Under the pieces are notes generated by a model. The model was not told where the DNA came from, searched no databases, and was given only the letters and a program-made list of their open reading frames with translations. The translations under genes were made by a program, and so were the position numbers. This document shows positions 39,201 through 48,964 of a stretch of 63,280 nt of DNA, one piece after another. Source of the stretch: an uncultured Candidatus Saccharibacteria bacterium (lineage in GTDB: Bacteria > Patescibacteriota > Minisyncoccia > Phycocordibacterales > CAYQYW01); contig CAYQYW010000006.1 of assembly GCA_964421995.1 (NCBI GenBank), positions 1 to 63,280 of the forward strand. The letters are read 5' to 3'. Numbering within the stretch: position 1 is the first letter of the stretch; every line of letters begins with the position of its first letter.

Positions 39201-42043
39201 TATGTAGTAATTGAAATAATCACTTTCTCGCCATCAATTTTTACTGTTGTTCCGTCACTTTCTCCGTACACAATTTCCTTGAGGAGTGCTGTTTTCTTTA
39301 TCGTATCTTCAAATTTTTCAACTAGTTCCTGGAAATTATTTATGGTTAAAATTGCGTAATCATCTGGAGTGAGGCATGCTTTTTTCCTTTCTTGTTGAAC
39401 AAACCGAAGGAGTTCTCTCATTAATCCTTCTTCTTTCAACTCTGGAGTCAAATTGGTGTCTAATATTAGCTTTTCTCCTGTTACTACTTTTTTTACATTA
39501 ACTTCGTCTTTGATTAAATCCAAGTACTCATCATGTAAATCAGAATTCACGGTTAGTTTTTGCAAGGGCTGTCGTACTTTAATTCCTGACTCTGACCGCA
39601 TTTCTAGTGCACGTGATACGGTAAACCGTACACTTTCCATGTTTTTCAAAACATCTTTATCAGCTTCTTTGGTGGTTGGCCATTCTTCCAAATGCACACT
39701 CTCCTTTTCTCCCTTCATTTTTTGATATAGTTCTTCTGCAATGAATGGCATGAACGGAGCAATTACCTTTGATAACTCTAGAAGGATGTAACGCGTTGTC
39801 TCAAGTGCTTTCTTTTTGTCTGCCCCATCTTCCCCTTTGTATCGATCTCGAGAACGTCGAATATACCACGTTGAAAAATCGTCAACAAAATCAAAGAATG
39901 GTCGTGTTGCTTTATCAAGTTCATACGTCTCCATGCCTTTTGTTATTTCAGCAATAACTTCCTGCAGTCTTCCAAAAATCCATTTATCAAGAACGTTATC
40001 TGAAGAATCTTTTAATTCCTCACTCCCGTCTGAATATAGTTCATAGAAAGATAAAATATTTCTAAGACGTACCAACACCTTTTTACTAATTGAATCAACA
40101 CCATCCTCGGTAAATCGAAAATCTTCAGCACGAATCACCGGAGAAGAAAGTAAGTATAGACGTATTGCGTCTGCACCGTATGTGTTAATCACATGCACTG
40201 GGTCAGGAAAATTCTTTAAACTTTTACTCATCTTCTTTCCATCTTCTGCCATAACCATACCGTTCACCACAACATTTTTGAAAGCCGCCTTCCCAAAAAG
40301 AGCAGTGGACAACACATGCTGGTAATAAAACCACTTAGTAACCTGATCTAATCCTTCAGCAATAAAGTCAGACGGTATCTTTGCTTCTGTTTCTTCTTTT
40401 GATTCAAACGGGTAATGGTGTTGTGCGTATGGAACTGATCCTGAATCAAACCACGTATCTAACACGTCAGGAACCCGATTCATTACACCTCCACAATCAC
40501 AAGGTATTTCTATATGATCAACATGTTCTCTGTGCAGATCAGTAATTTTTTCACTACTCGCCTCTTCAAGTTCTTTAATACTTCCAAAAACTCTTTCTTT
40601 ACCACACTCCGTACATCTCCAAACAGGTATGGTATTTGCCCAAAATCGCTGTCGTGAAATTGACCAGTCACGTGCACCTTCTAGCCAATTATGCCAACGT
40701 CCGTTTTTTATATAAGCAGGAGACCAATTTATTCCTTTTGCTTGAACGAGCAAGTCCTCTTTTACTTTCTCCACTCCCACAAACCAAGAGCTTGTAGCGT
40801 AGTTAATCAGAGGTGTATGACATCTCCAGCAGTGCGGGTATGAGTGCTCATATTTTTCTTTTGAGAAAAGAATTCCTTTCCCAGCAAGATATTTAACTAC
40901 CTCGATATCAGTTGATTGATGGTTTTCAATCGGCTTCACTGAAAGTCCTGCAAGTTCTGTAACTTCAGGTTTAATGATTCCGTCCATACCAAGATGCTGT
41001 ATCATTGGTAATCCAACTTCTTGAGCAAGTAACATATCGTCTTCTCCAAATGCAGGAGCTTCGTGTGCTATACCAGTACCAGTCTCTGTTGTAATAAAAT
41101 CTGCAGTATATATTTTCCACGCATTCTCTCTGTTTTTTAGTTTCTCATCGTGTAGATAAGAATCAAATGGTGGTACATATTCTTTTCCTACAAGCTCGTG
41201 GCCTTTCATCTCTGAAACAACAGTGTATTCATCGTCTCCAAAAGTTCTTTCAAGCGCTTCTTTAGCAAGAATAAAGCGCACCATATTGCCTTTCCCTTCA
41301 TCTTTCTTTTCTATAGTAACGTAATCAATATCTTCCCCCACTGCCAAAGCAACATTCCCAGGAAGCGTCCACGGTGTTGTTGTCCAAGCAAGTGCCGATG
41401 TGTTCTCTTCATCCTTTAGTGGAAATAGAACCGTCACTGCTAAATCTTTAATCGTCTCATATCCTTCTGCAACTTCAGACTGGGCAAGCGTTGTCTCACA
41501 ACGAGGACAGATGTGCATCGATCGATAGTCTTCGTAGATTAATCCCTTGTCATACAATTGTTTAAAGGCCCACCACTCTGATTCCATATATGAGGTATCC
41601 ATGGTTTTGTATGGACTATCCATATCCACCCACCTTCCAAATCGAGGAATAAATTTATTCCACACATCGACATAGGTAAAAATTTTGTCACGACAAGCAG
41701 TATTAAATTTTTCAACTCCCATCTTTTCGATCTCTTTCTTACTTTTTATACCCAGCTCCTTTTCAACAATATTTTCAATAGGAAGTCCGTGACAATCCCA
41801 TCCCCATTGTCGCCTAACTCGATATCCATTCATTGTCTTATACCGTGGAATTGCGTCCTTTAGTGCACTAGCAACCAAGTGTCCATAATGAGGAGTTCCG
41901 GTGGCAAATGGAGGTCCATCATGAAATGTATATTCACCATTTGGAGCATTTTTCTCCAACGTCTTCTCAAAAATCTTATTCTCTTTCCAGAATTTTAGTA
42001 CCTTTTCTTCAGCCTCAGCTGTCTTACTCTTTTTTTCTTTCAT
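39200..42043 (-). CDS. ileS: Isoleucyl-tRNA synthetase
   Basis: 947 aa. HIGH-type motif (PHYGH), the KMSKS motif and a CP1 editing insertion. Confidence 0.95.
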   Translation of the reverse strand: MKEKKSKTAEAEEKVLKFWKENKIFEKTLEKNAPNGEYTFHDGPPFATGTPHYGHLVASALKDAIPRYKTMNGYRVRRQWGWDCHGLPIENIVEKELGIKSKKEIEKMGVEKFNTACRDKIFTYVDVWNKFIPRFGRWVDMDSPYKTMDTSYMESEWWAFKQLYDKGLIYEDYRSMHICPRCETTLAQSEVAEGYETIKDLAVTVLFPLKDEENTSALAWTTTPWTLPGNVALAVGEDIDYVTIEKKDEGKGNMVRFILAKEALERTFGDDEYTVVSEMKGHELVGKEYVPPFDSYLHDEKLKNRENAWKIYTADFITTETGTGIAHEAPAFGEDDMLLAQEVGLPMIQHLGMDGIIKPEVTELAGLSVKPIENHQSTDIEVVKYLAGKGILFSKEKYEHSYPHCWRCHTPLINYATSSWFVGVEKVKEDLLVQAKGINWSPAYIKNGRWHNWLEGARDWSISRQRFWANTIPVWRCTECGKERVFGSIKELEEASSEKITDLHREHVDHIEIPCDCGGVMNRVPDVLDTWFDSGSVPYAQHHYPFESKEETEAKIPSDFIAEGLDQVTKWFYYQHVLSTALFGKAAFKNVVVNGMVMAEDGKKMSKSLKNFPDPVHVINTYGADAIRLYLLSSPVIRAEDFRFTEDGVDSISKKVLVRLRNILSFYELYSDGSEELKDSSDNVLDKWIFGRLQEVIAEITKGMETYELDKATRPFFDFVDDFSTWYIRRSRDRYKGEDGADKKKALETTRYILLELSKVIAPFMPFIAEELYQKMKGEKESVHLEEWPTTKEADKDVLKNMESVRFTVSRALEMRSESGIKVRQPLQKLTVNSDLHDEYLDLIKDEVNVKKVVTGEKLILDTNLTPELKEEGLMRELLRFVQQERKKACLTPDDYAILTINNFQELVEKFEDTIKKTALLKEIVYGESDGTTVKIDGEKVIISITT

Positions 42044-42060
42044 GTTGTTTGATTATAAAC

Positions 42061-42086
42061 TAAAAATCCCTCTTTCAAAGGGATTT
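42061..42086 (-). terminator. Intrinsic terminator after argS
   Basis: An 8-bp stem AAAUCCCU/AGGGAUUU with a 7-nt loop, followed on the minus strand by UUUUUA. It abuts the TATAAT box of ileS. Confidence 0.55.
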
Positions 42087-42131
42087 GTTTCTTTATCACA
42101 GACAAACCCAGAGAATATTTGGAGTATGAAT

Positions 42132-43757
42132 CTACATCCTCTCCGGCGTCTCAATGCCCAAAATCCATAAACCATTCTGCATCGTAATCTGAAACGCTTT
42201 TGTTAACGCCAATTTGTACCCCTCCTCCTCAGAATCAATAATCCGTTCAGTTGTATAGAAGTTATTAAACGCTCCTGCAAGCTCGGTGAGATACGTCGTA
42301 ATGTAGTGTGGTTCGTAATGATCACTTGCACGGTGCACAACTTCTGGAAACCTGTAGAGTAATCTTTCTAATTCATGAACAGTATCTGGAATACTAGCAA
42401 TTTCCATATCACTCTTTGAAAGTACTGATTGTGCTCTCGTATGAGAATACTGCAGGTATGGACCGGAGTTCCCCTCAAACGAAAGTGCTTGATCTAAATC
42501 AAACACAATGTTCTTTCCTGAAGATTGTTTTAATATGGTGTACTTAATCGCAGCAACAGCAACTTGATTAATAATCTTTTCATCATCGTTTCTTTTTGCA
42601 ACCGCTTCTTTTACATCAGTAATCAAAGACTCCCCTGTAATACTCGTGCCATCTCTCGAAGACATCTTTTTGCCTCCTGGTCCCGTCATCATTCCATGAC
42701 TAATATGTTTTAGTTTTCCTTCAAACGCCGGACGTAGTATTGTTGCTGCTTTGAACACAACGTCAAAATAATCAGATTGCTCCATTGCAGTTACATATAT
42801 TGATAGATCATGTGGATATACTTCATCTTTTACAATAACCAGCCCAAGATCTTTTGCTTCATACGGCGTAACCCCCTCGCTTGTAAGGAACACTCTCGTG
42901 TGTAATCCATACTTCTCTCCCTTGAAAACAATGGCACCATTACTTTCCTCAAAGACTCCCTTTTCTAAGCCTTCTTCTACTAATGCTTTCCCCTTCTTCC
43001 ATGTCGCACTCTCAAAGAAATAGTGGTCAAATTTTGTTCCTAGTATTGTATACAGCTCCTCAAAATGATCAAGGGAAGTCTGTCGTCCTTTGGTATAGAT
43101 ACCCATTACACTCTCGTCTTCTGCGTATAGCTTCCTGTTGACCTCCACAATTGCAACTTTCGCTTCTGCATTATTCTCATACTGCTCATTTCCATATGTA
43201 TACGCTTTTCCCAATGAGGCAGCGTCTTCTAAATCAAAGCCTCCTTGTTGAATTGCCCAGACAGCTTTCGCAATATGAAGTCCAATATCTCCCTGATAGT
43301 TTGCCCGATATATATCGCCTCCAGCATATTCAACAAGTCTTGAAACTGACTCACCAATTATATTAGTCATCAAATGTCCAATATGGAAAACTTTAAATGT
43401 ATTTGGATCGGTATATTCCACCATTATCTTTTTACCAGAGAGAGAATCATTACTCCCCCACTTGTTTGCTTGTAGTATCTCTTTAATAGAATCGGTAAAA
43501 AACTCTCTGGAAAGATAGAAGTTAATAAATCCTGGACCAGCAAGTTCTACCTTCTCTATATACTTCTCTTCCGTAAGACGAGAAATAATTTCTTCAGCTA
43601 CTTCCTTTGGATTTTTGCCTAATTTCTTCCCTAACACCATCGCAACATTTGTTGAATAGTCACCGTAACGTAAATCAGTAGGGTGCTCCAAACGAACTTC
43701 ATCTCCCTGAGGAAGTGCTACGGTAATGTTCTCTCTAATGATTTCTTCTATGTTCAT
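42132..43757 (-). CDS. argS: Arginyl-tRNA synthetase
   Basis: 541 aa. HIGH motif (FHIGHLMT), the Arg-specific N-terminal domain and a DALR anticodon-binding C-terminus. Confidence 0.9.
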   Translation of the reverse strand: MNIEEIIRENITVALPQGDEVRLEHPTDLRYGDYSTNVAMVLGKKLGKNPKEVAEEIISRLTEEKYIEKVELAGPGFINFYLSREFFTDSIKEILQANKWGSNDSLSGKKIMVEYTDPNTFKVFHIGHLMTNIIGESVSRLVEYAGGDIYRANYQGDIGLHIAKAVWAIQQGGFDLEDAASLGKAYTYGNEQYENNAEAKVAIVEVNRKLYAEDESVMGIYTKGRQTSLDHFEELYTILGTKFDHYFFESATWKKGKALVEEGLEKGVFEESNGAIVFKGEKYGLHTRVFLTSEGVTPYEAKDLGLVIVKDEVYPHDLSIYVTAMEQSDYFDVVFKAATILRPAFEGKLKHISHGMMTGPGGKKMSSRDGTSITGESLITDVKEAVAKRNDDEKIINQVAVAAIKYTILKQSSGKNIVFDLDQALSFEGNSGPYLQYSHTRAQSVLSKSDMEIASIPDTVHELERLLYRFPEVVHRASDHYEPHYITTYLTELAGAFNNFYTTERIIDSEEEGYKLALTKAFQITMQNGLWILGIETPERM

Positions 43758-45013
43758 ATAAAATTCTTCGGAACGGGAAGTTTTTTACACAATTCAACTA
43801 TAGACTCTTTGATTTCCTTCTTCCGAGCTTCATCATCTTTATTCTCCAACGTATCAATCATTAAGTGAGCGACACGTTTCGAATCTGCTTCGTTGAATCC
43901 CCGAGTAGTAATTGCAGGACTACCAAACCGAATCCCTGAAGGATCCATTGGAGTTCGTGGATCATCGGCAATTACATTTTTGTTCAAGGTAATTCCTACT
44001 TCATCGAGTACATTCTGTGCTTCGTCCCCAGTAACACCTAGGGAACCGAACACATCCGCTAAAATTAAGTGGTTTGATGTTCCTCCGCCAAGCATTCGTA
44101 TACCCCGCTCATTCATCACACTCTCCATTGCCTTTGCATTTTTTAATATCTGACGTGCGTACGTTTGGAACGCTGGATTTAATGCTTCTTTGAAACACAC
44201 TGCCTTCGCTGCGATATTGTTCATATGAGGACCTCCCTGAAGTCCTGGAAACACCGTCTTGTTAATCTTCTTAATAATTTTTTTATCATTATTAACAAGA
44301 ATAATTCCTCCTCGTGGACCACGCAGTGTTTTATGCGTTGTACTCGTAATAACATCAAAGCCGTCATCAAATGGGTTACGTAATGCTTTTCCTGCAATCA
44401 AGCCTGCAATATGTGCCATATCAGCAACTGTAATTGCACCAACTTCTTTTGCAATAGCTACAAATTTTTTGTAATCAAGCTCTCGTGAGTATGCAGAAAA
44501 TCCCGCAAGAATTACTTTTGGCTTTTCTCGCTTTGCCACCTCAAGCATCTCGTCGTAATCAATCTCTCCTGTCTCGGTGTCTTTCATCTTGTACCGAACA
44601 AAGTTAAAAATCTTTGTTACTGACGTTACAGGATGTCCGTGGGTAAGGTGTCCACCATGTGAAAGATCCATTCCAAGCACCGTGTCTCCAGGTTCCAAAA
44701 GTGCAAAGTACGCTGCCAAGTTTGCAGGAGCACCTGAATGCGGTTGTACATTTGCATAGTCACAAGTAAACAACTCTTTTACCCGTTCAATTGCAAGTGT
44801 CTCTACTACATCGGTATATTCCTGCCCACCGTAGTATCGCTTTCCAGGATACCCTTCTGAATACTTATTGGTAAGCACAGAACCATTCGCTTCCATTACC
44901 GCACGAGACACATAATTCTCTGACGGAATCAACTCTAACCCCTCTCGTTCTCGCTTCTCTTCCCCCATAATCGCGTCATATATTTCTTTGTCTTGTTGTT
45001 GTATGTAATTCAT
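43754..45013 (-). CDS. glyA: Serine hydroxymethyltransferase
   Basis: 419 aa. PLP-lysine block TSTTHKTLRGPRGG. Confidence 0.95.
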   Translation of the reverse strand: MNYIQQQDKEIYDAIMGEEKREREGLELIPSENYVSRAVMEANGSVLTNKYSEGYPGKRYYGGQEYTDVVETLAIERVKELFTCDYANVQPHSGAPANLAAYFALLEPGDTVLGMDLSHGGHLTHGHPVTSVTKIFNFVRYKMKDTETGEIDYDEMLEVAKREKPKVILAGFSAYSRELDYKKFVAIAKEVGAITVADMAHIAGLIAGKALRNPFDDGFDVITSTTHKTLRGPRGGIILVNNDKKIIKKINKTVFPGLQGGPHMNNIAAKAVCFKEALNPAFQTYARQILKNAKAMESVMNERGIRMLGGGTSNHLILADVFGSLGVTGDEAQNVLDEVGITLNKNVIADDPRTPMDPSGIRFGSPAITTRGFNEADSKRVAHLMIDTLENKDDEARKKEIKESIVELCKKLPVPKNFI

Positions 45014-45030
45014 TTACCTGTAATATTCTA

Positions 45031-45645
45031 TTATATTGATTTTAGTACTTCATGTATGCTTTGTCTAATTTCTTTAATTGATTGATTTGCGTCTAGTACC
45101 ACATGACTCCCTAAATCACCCACATGTTGTAGGTACCCTTCCTTCGTCCTTCTGTGAAAATCTAATTTCTCATCATCAAACCGTGTATTTTCATCTGCTC
45201 TATTTGAAACTCTTTTGAGTCCAACTTCAGAGTCGACGTTTAACAGAATATATAGATCAGGTGTATAATCTCCAACCACAAAATCACTTATCTTCTTCAA
45301 AAAATCTAGGTACTCAGGTCGTTCTCTCCCATATATTTGATACGCGATCGTAGAGAGTCCGAACCTGTTTGAAACAACTGTCTTGCCTTCGTTCAACGCA
45401 GGAACAATAACTTCTTCCAAAAGCTGAGCACGTGCCGCCAAAAAAAGCAGTAACTCCGTCTTCACGGTCATAGAGTCTGAATCTTTACTCAACAAGAGGG
45501 CTCGTATCTCCTCACCTATTTTTGTTCCTCCTGGCTCACGAGTAAATACAAAGTCTGGAAAATCCTGCTTTGCAAAATCAATCTGTGTATCCTTTCCTGA
45601 CCCTTCTCCTCCTTCAAAAACAATGAATTTCCCTCTTTTTGCCAT
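45031..45645 (-). CDS. tmk: Thymidylate kinase
   Basis: 204 aa. P-loop FIVFEGGEGSGKDTQ. Confidence 0.85.
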   Translation of the reverse strand: MAKRGKFIVFEGGEGSGKDTQIDFAKQDFPDFVFTREPGGTKIGEEIRALLLSKDSDSMTVKTELLLFLAARAQLLEEVIVPALNEGKTVVSNRFGLSTIAYQIYGRERPEYLDFLKKISDFVVGDYTPDLYILLNVDSEVGLKRVSNRADENTRFDDEKLDFHRRTKEGYLQHVGDLGSHVVLDANQSIKEIRQSIHEVLKSI

Positions 45646-45709
45646 ATATATAGAATTTGTATAGATAATAAAAATTTCACCAAGATGATATACTTCATTA
45701 TATCAGACT

Positions 45710-46537
45710 ATGAAGCAATACAAGGAAATTCTGGAAAAGATAATGAATGAAGGAATCGACCGAGTAGGGAGGAATGGTTCTACTCGTGCATTGTTTGCAA
45801 TACAACTTAGATTTAACATAAATGACGGCTTCCCCGCTGTCACCACAAAAACGCTTGCGTTCAAGGCAGTGAAGAGTGAACTTCTTTGGTTTATCGAAGG
45901 AAGTAATGATGACAACAGACTGAAGGAATTAAACGGAAGTGAAAAAAGTATCTGGACCGCTAACGCAGAATCAGATTACTGGAAACCAAAAGCTACCTTC
46001 CCTGGTGACCTCGGAAGGATATACGGAGTGCAGTGGAGAAACTGGCAAGGTCCAAACGGAAAAGTGGTAGACCAATTAGCTGAAGTAATTGAGAAAATAA
46101 AAAAGACACCAGGAGATCGGAGATTAATTGTGAGCGCATGGAATCCAGGAGAGTTGGATCAAATGGCTCTTCCCCCTTGTCATATGTTCTTCCAATTCTT
46201 TGTTGCCGACGGAAAGCTTTCGCTTCACATGACACAGAGAAGTTGTGACATGTTCTTAGGAGTACCGTTTAACATTGCGTCCTACGCTCTTCTCCTTCAT
46301 ATGATTGCCCAAGTGACAGAACTTGAACCACATGAATGTGTGCTCACGCTAAACGATGCACATATCTATCACGAACATTTTGATGCAGTAAAAGAGCAGT
46401 TAACCAGAGAGCCCATGAAACTGCCAACTCTGTGGTTAAATAAGGGAGTTTTGGACATCGATTCATTCACGATGAACGATATTAAGTTGGAAAATTATGA
46501 ACACCATCCAAGTATTAAAGCTACAATGATTGTTTAA
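45710..46537 (+). CDS. thyA: Thymidylate synthase (ThyA type)
   Basis: 275 aa. The catalytic block ALPPCHMFFQF and the DMFLGVPFNIASYALL block are present. Confidence 0.95.
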   Translation: MKQYKEILEKIMNEGIDRVGRNGSTRALFAIQLRFNINDGFPAVTTKTLAFKAVKSELLWFIEGSNDDNRLKELNGSEKSIWTANAESDYWKPKATFPGDLGRIYGVQWRNWQGPNGKVVDQLAEVIEKIKKTPGDRRLIVSAWNPGELDQMALPPCHMFFQFFVADGKLSLHMTQRSCDMFLGVPFNIASYALLLHMIAQVTELEPHECVLTLNDAHIYHEHFDAVKEQLTREPMKLPTLWLNKGVLDIDSFTMNDIKLENYEHHPSIKATMIV

Positions 46538-46538
46538 T

Positions 46539-47240
46539 ATGGCACTATCAGATAAAAAAATTCTAGAACACATGAAAGATGGAACAGTACTTATTGAGCC
46601 GTTTAACAAGGACAATCTTTCAACATCAAGCTACGACGTAACGCTTGGTCAGTGGTACTTCAGAGAAGGCGGAACGAGTAATCTACAGAACATCTATAAT
46701 GTATATGATAAAGCACACACTGACAGAGTATGGGGTACCACCCCCAAGAAAGCTGAAAAGGCATCAAAGGTATTCAAACACCTCAACTTTGACTACAACG
46801 GAATTGACCCTAATGATTTAATAATCTTACTCGAACCAGGAGAAACAATCCTTGCACATACCAATGAATTTATAGGAGGAATAAATTCCGTAACTACTAT
46901 GATGAAAGCTCGATCTTCTCTTGGAAGAAACTTTATCGAGGTATGTAAGTGCGCTGGATGGGGAGACGTTGGATACACCAACAGGTGGACTATGGAAATT
47001 ACCAACAATTCACGTAACTACATCATTCCTCTTGTGCCAGGAAGAAGAATCGCACAAATTATATTCTTTGAGACGGGAGAGATTTTGAAAAAAGACTATA
47101 CAAAAACAGGTAAGTATCAATCATGCACTGATATTAAGAAACTGAAGAAAGATTGGAAACCAGAGATGATGCTTCCAAGACTATATAATGATAGAGATAT
47201 TAAACATGATAAGCATAATCGCAGCACTAGGAAAAAATAG
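46539..47240 (+). CDS. dcd: dCTP deaminase/dUTPase-superfamily protein
   Basis: About 233 aa from the ATG at 46539 (the track starts at TTG 46530). N-terminus LSDKKILEHMKDG...IEPF...SSYDVTLG and the later GWGDVGYTNRWTMEITN block fit Dcd-like enzymes. Confidence 0.65.
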   Translation: MALSDKKILEHMKDGTVLIEPFNKDNLSTSSYDVTLGQWYFREGGTSNLQNIYNVYDKAHTDRVWGTTPKKAEKASKVFKHLNFDYNGIDPNDLIILLEPGETILAHTNEFIGGINSVTTMMKARSSLGRNFIEVCKCAGWGDVGYTNRWTMEITNNSRNYIIPLVPGRRIAQIIFFETGEILKKDYTKTGKYQSCTDIKKLKKDWKPEMMLPRLYNDRDIKHDKHNRSTRKK

Positions 47241-47688
47241 AGTCCTCGGTAAAGACAACGAGCTTCTTTGGAGAATCCCCGACGATCTAAAGCGCTTCAA
47301 AGAGCTCACCACGGGACATCCCATCATTATGGGAAGTAAAACCTATGAATCTATCGGAAAACCGCTTCCTAACAGAACAAATATTGTTCTTACCAAAGAT
47401 AGTGATTATGAGGCTCCAGGGACTATTGTGGTTCACTCTTTAGAAGAGGCATTTGAGAAAGCGGAGAACGAAGAAATATTTGTCATCGGTGGTGGACAAA
47501 TCTACGCGCTTGCCCTTCCTTATGCCGATAAGCTTTACCTCACTTTAATTGATGACAAGAAAGAAGGAGATACTTTTTTCCCAGACTATAGTGCGTTTAC
47601 TAAAAAAACACACGTGGAAAACCGAGTGTTTGAAGGAATCAACTATTCTTGGGTTAACTTTGAAAGGGAAAACAACCCTCTTGGATAA
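47206..47688 (+). CDS. folA: Dihydrofolate reductase
   Basis: 160 aa from the ATG at 47206. MISIIAALGKNRVLGKDNELLWRIPDDLKRFKELT aligns with the E. coli DHFR N-terminus. It overlaps the end of dcd. Confidence 0.85.
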   Translation: MISIIAALGKNRVLGKDNELLWRIPDDLKRFKELTTGHPIIMGSKTYESIGKPLPNRTNIVLTKDSDYEAPGTIVVHSLEEAFEKAENEEIFVIGGGQIYALALPYADKLYLTLIDDKKEGDTFFPDYSAFTKKTHVENRVFEGINYSWVNFERENNPLG

Positions 47689-47715
47689 TTTTTAGTCCTC
47701 CGAAGAGAGATCATC

Positions 47716-48141
47716 TTATCCTTTAATTTCAATCCCCATTGAACGAGCTGTTCCTGCCATAACTTTCTTTGCTTGTTCAATATCGCTTGTATTTAAGTCA
47801 TCCATTTTGGCTGTTGCAACTTCACCAAGCTGTGCATCAGTGATGCTTCCTACCTTACTTACTAGATTCTTTCCAGATCCTTTTGGTTTACCAAGCGCTT
47901 TTAGAAGCATTCTTGATGCTGGTGGTTTCTTTAGAATAAAATCGAAACTTCGATCATCATACACACTAATGATCACAGGGATGATATCTCCCATCATTTC
48001 TTTAGTTGCCTCGTTAAATTGATTAACGAATTCACCAATATTAACTCCTACCTGCCCCAAAGCGGGACCCACTGGTGGAGCTGGGTTTGCCTTCCCTGCT
48101 GGAATTTGAAGTTTTAATGTTCTTTCTATTTTTTTTGCCAT
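47716..48141 (-). CDS. rplK: Ribosomal protein uL11
   Basis: 141 aa. [22 protein letters not shown] block. Confidence 0.95.
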   Translation of the reverse strand: MAKKIERTLKLQIPAGKANPAPPVGPALGQVGVNIGEFVNQFNEATKEMMGDIIPVIISVYDDRSFDFILKKPPASRMLLKALGKPKGSGKNLVSKVGSITDAQLGEVATAKMDDLNTSDIEQAKKVMAGTARSMGIEIKG

Positions 48142-48157
48142 AGTGATACTATTTTAC

Positions 48158-48703
48158 TTATATTTTCTTTACCTGCAAGAAGTCTAATTCAACCGGAGTG
48201 TCTCGTCCAAACATAGGAACAAGCACTTTAATCTTTCCTCTCTCATCATCTATCTCTCCAATCTTTCCTTCAAGGTCCTTAAACGGTCCGTCTACCACGA
48301 GTACCGGGTCTCCTGTAGTAAGATCAATCTTGTGCTTCACAGTACTACTGTTCATTCTTTCAAACAATTCGTCTACTTCTATCTGTTCAAGTGGTACTGG
48401 ATTAACTCCAGAACCAACGAATCCGGTAACTCTCGGAGTGTTTCGAACAATGTACCAAGAGTCATCATCAACGACCATTTTTACCAGAAGGTATCCTGGA
48501 TAAATCTTTTCGTCCTCTTCTACCCTCTTTCCTCCCTTGATTCTAATTTTCTTTTCAGTAGGTACAATCACATCAAAGATTTTATCTTTCATACCAAGAG
48601 ATTCAATACGTTGCTTTAGGTTCCGGAGGACCGCATTCTCGTATCCTGCGTAGGTATGTATTGCATACCACTTTGGCTCTTTGTCTACAATTTGCTTTGA
48701 CAT
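48158..48703 (-). CDS. nusG: Transcription termination/antitermination factor NusG
   Basis: 181 aa from the ATG at 48703, 1 nt after the secE stop. NGN domain (KWYAIHTYAGYE) plus KOW domain (GDPVLVVDGPFKDLEGKI). Confidence 0.9.
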   Translation of the reverse strand: MSKQIVDKEPKWYAIHTYAGYENAVLRNLKQRIESLGMKDKIFDVIVPTEKKIRIKGGKRVEEDEKIYPGYLLVKMVVDDDSWYIVRNTPRVTGFVGSGVNPVPLEQIEVDELFERMNSSTVKHKIDLTTGDPVLVVDGPFKDLEGKIGEIDDERGKIKVLVPMFGRDTPVELDFLQVKKI

Positions 48704-48704
48704 A

Positions 48705-48887
48705 TTACAATACAAAGTTATCTAGTATCTGCGTAAATAGGAAATCAAAAAATCCTAGCAAAAATGCAACAAATAGTGATATTAAAATCACCAACACCGT
48801 AAAAGTAGTGGTTTGTGCCTGAGTTGGCCAGCTTACATGCTTTAACTCAGTCTTTGTTTCTTTAAGATAATTTCCAAGTTTACTCAT
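48705..48887 (-). CDS. secE: Preprotein translocase subunit SecE
   Basis: 60 aa. ELKHVSWPT motif followed by a single TM helix, immediately upstream of nusG. Confidence 0.85.
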   Translation of the reverse strand: MSKLGNYLKETKTELKHVSWPTQAQTTTFTVLVILISLFVAFLLGFFDFLFTQILDNFVL

Positions 48888-48906
48888 GACCTAAGGTTAT
48901 GCTTAC

Positions 48907-48948
48907 TAAAAAACCCCTCCGTTGGGGTGTATCTATATACTACACCCC
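48907..48948 (-). terminator. Candidate terminator after the SIMPL-domain gene
   Basis: The minus-strand RNA offers GGGGUGUA...UACACCCC (8 bp), or the alternative ACCCC-AACGGA-GGGGU stem followed by U7. Confidence 0.4.
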
Positions 48949-48964
48949 ATAGGAAATATGTCAA

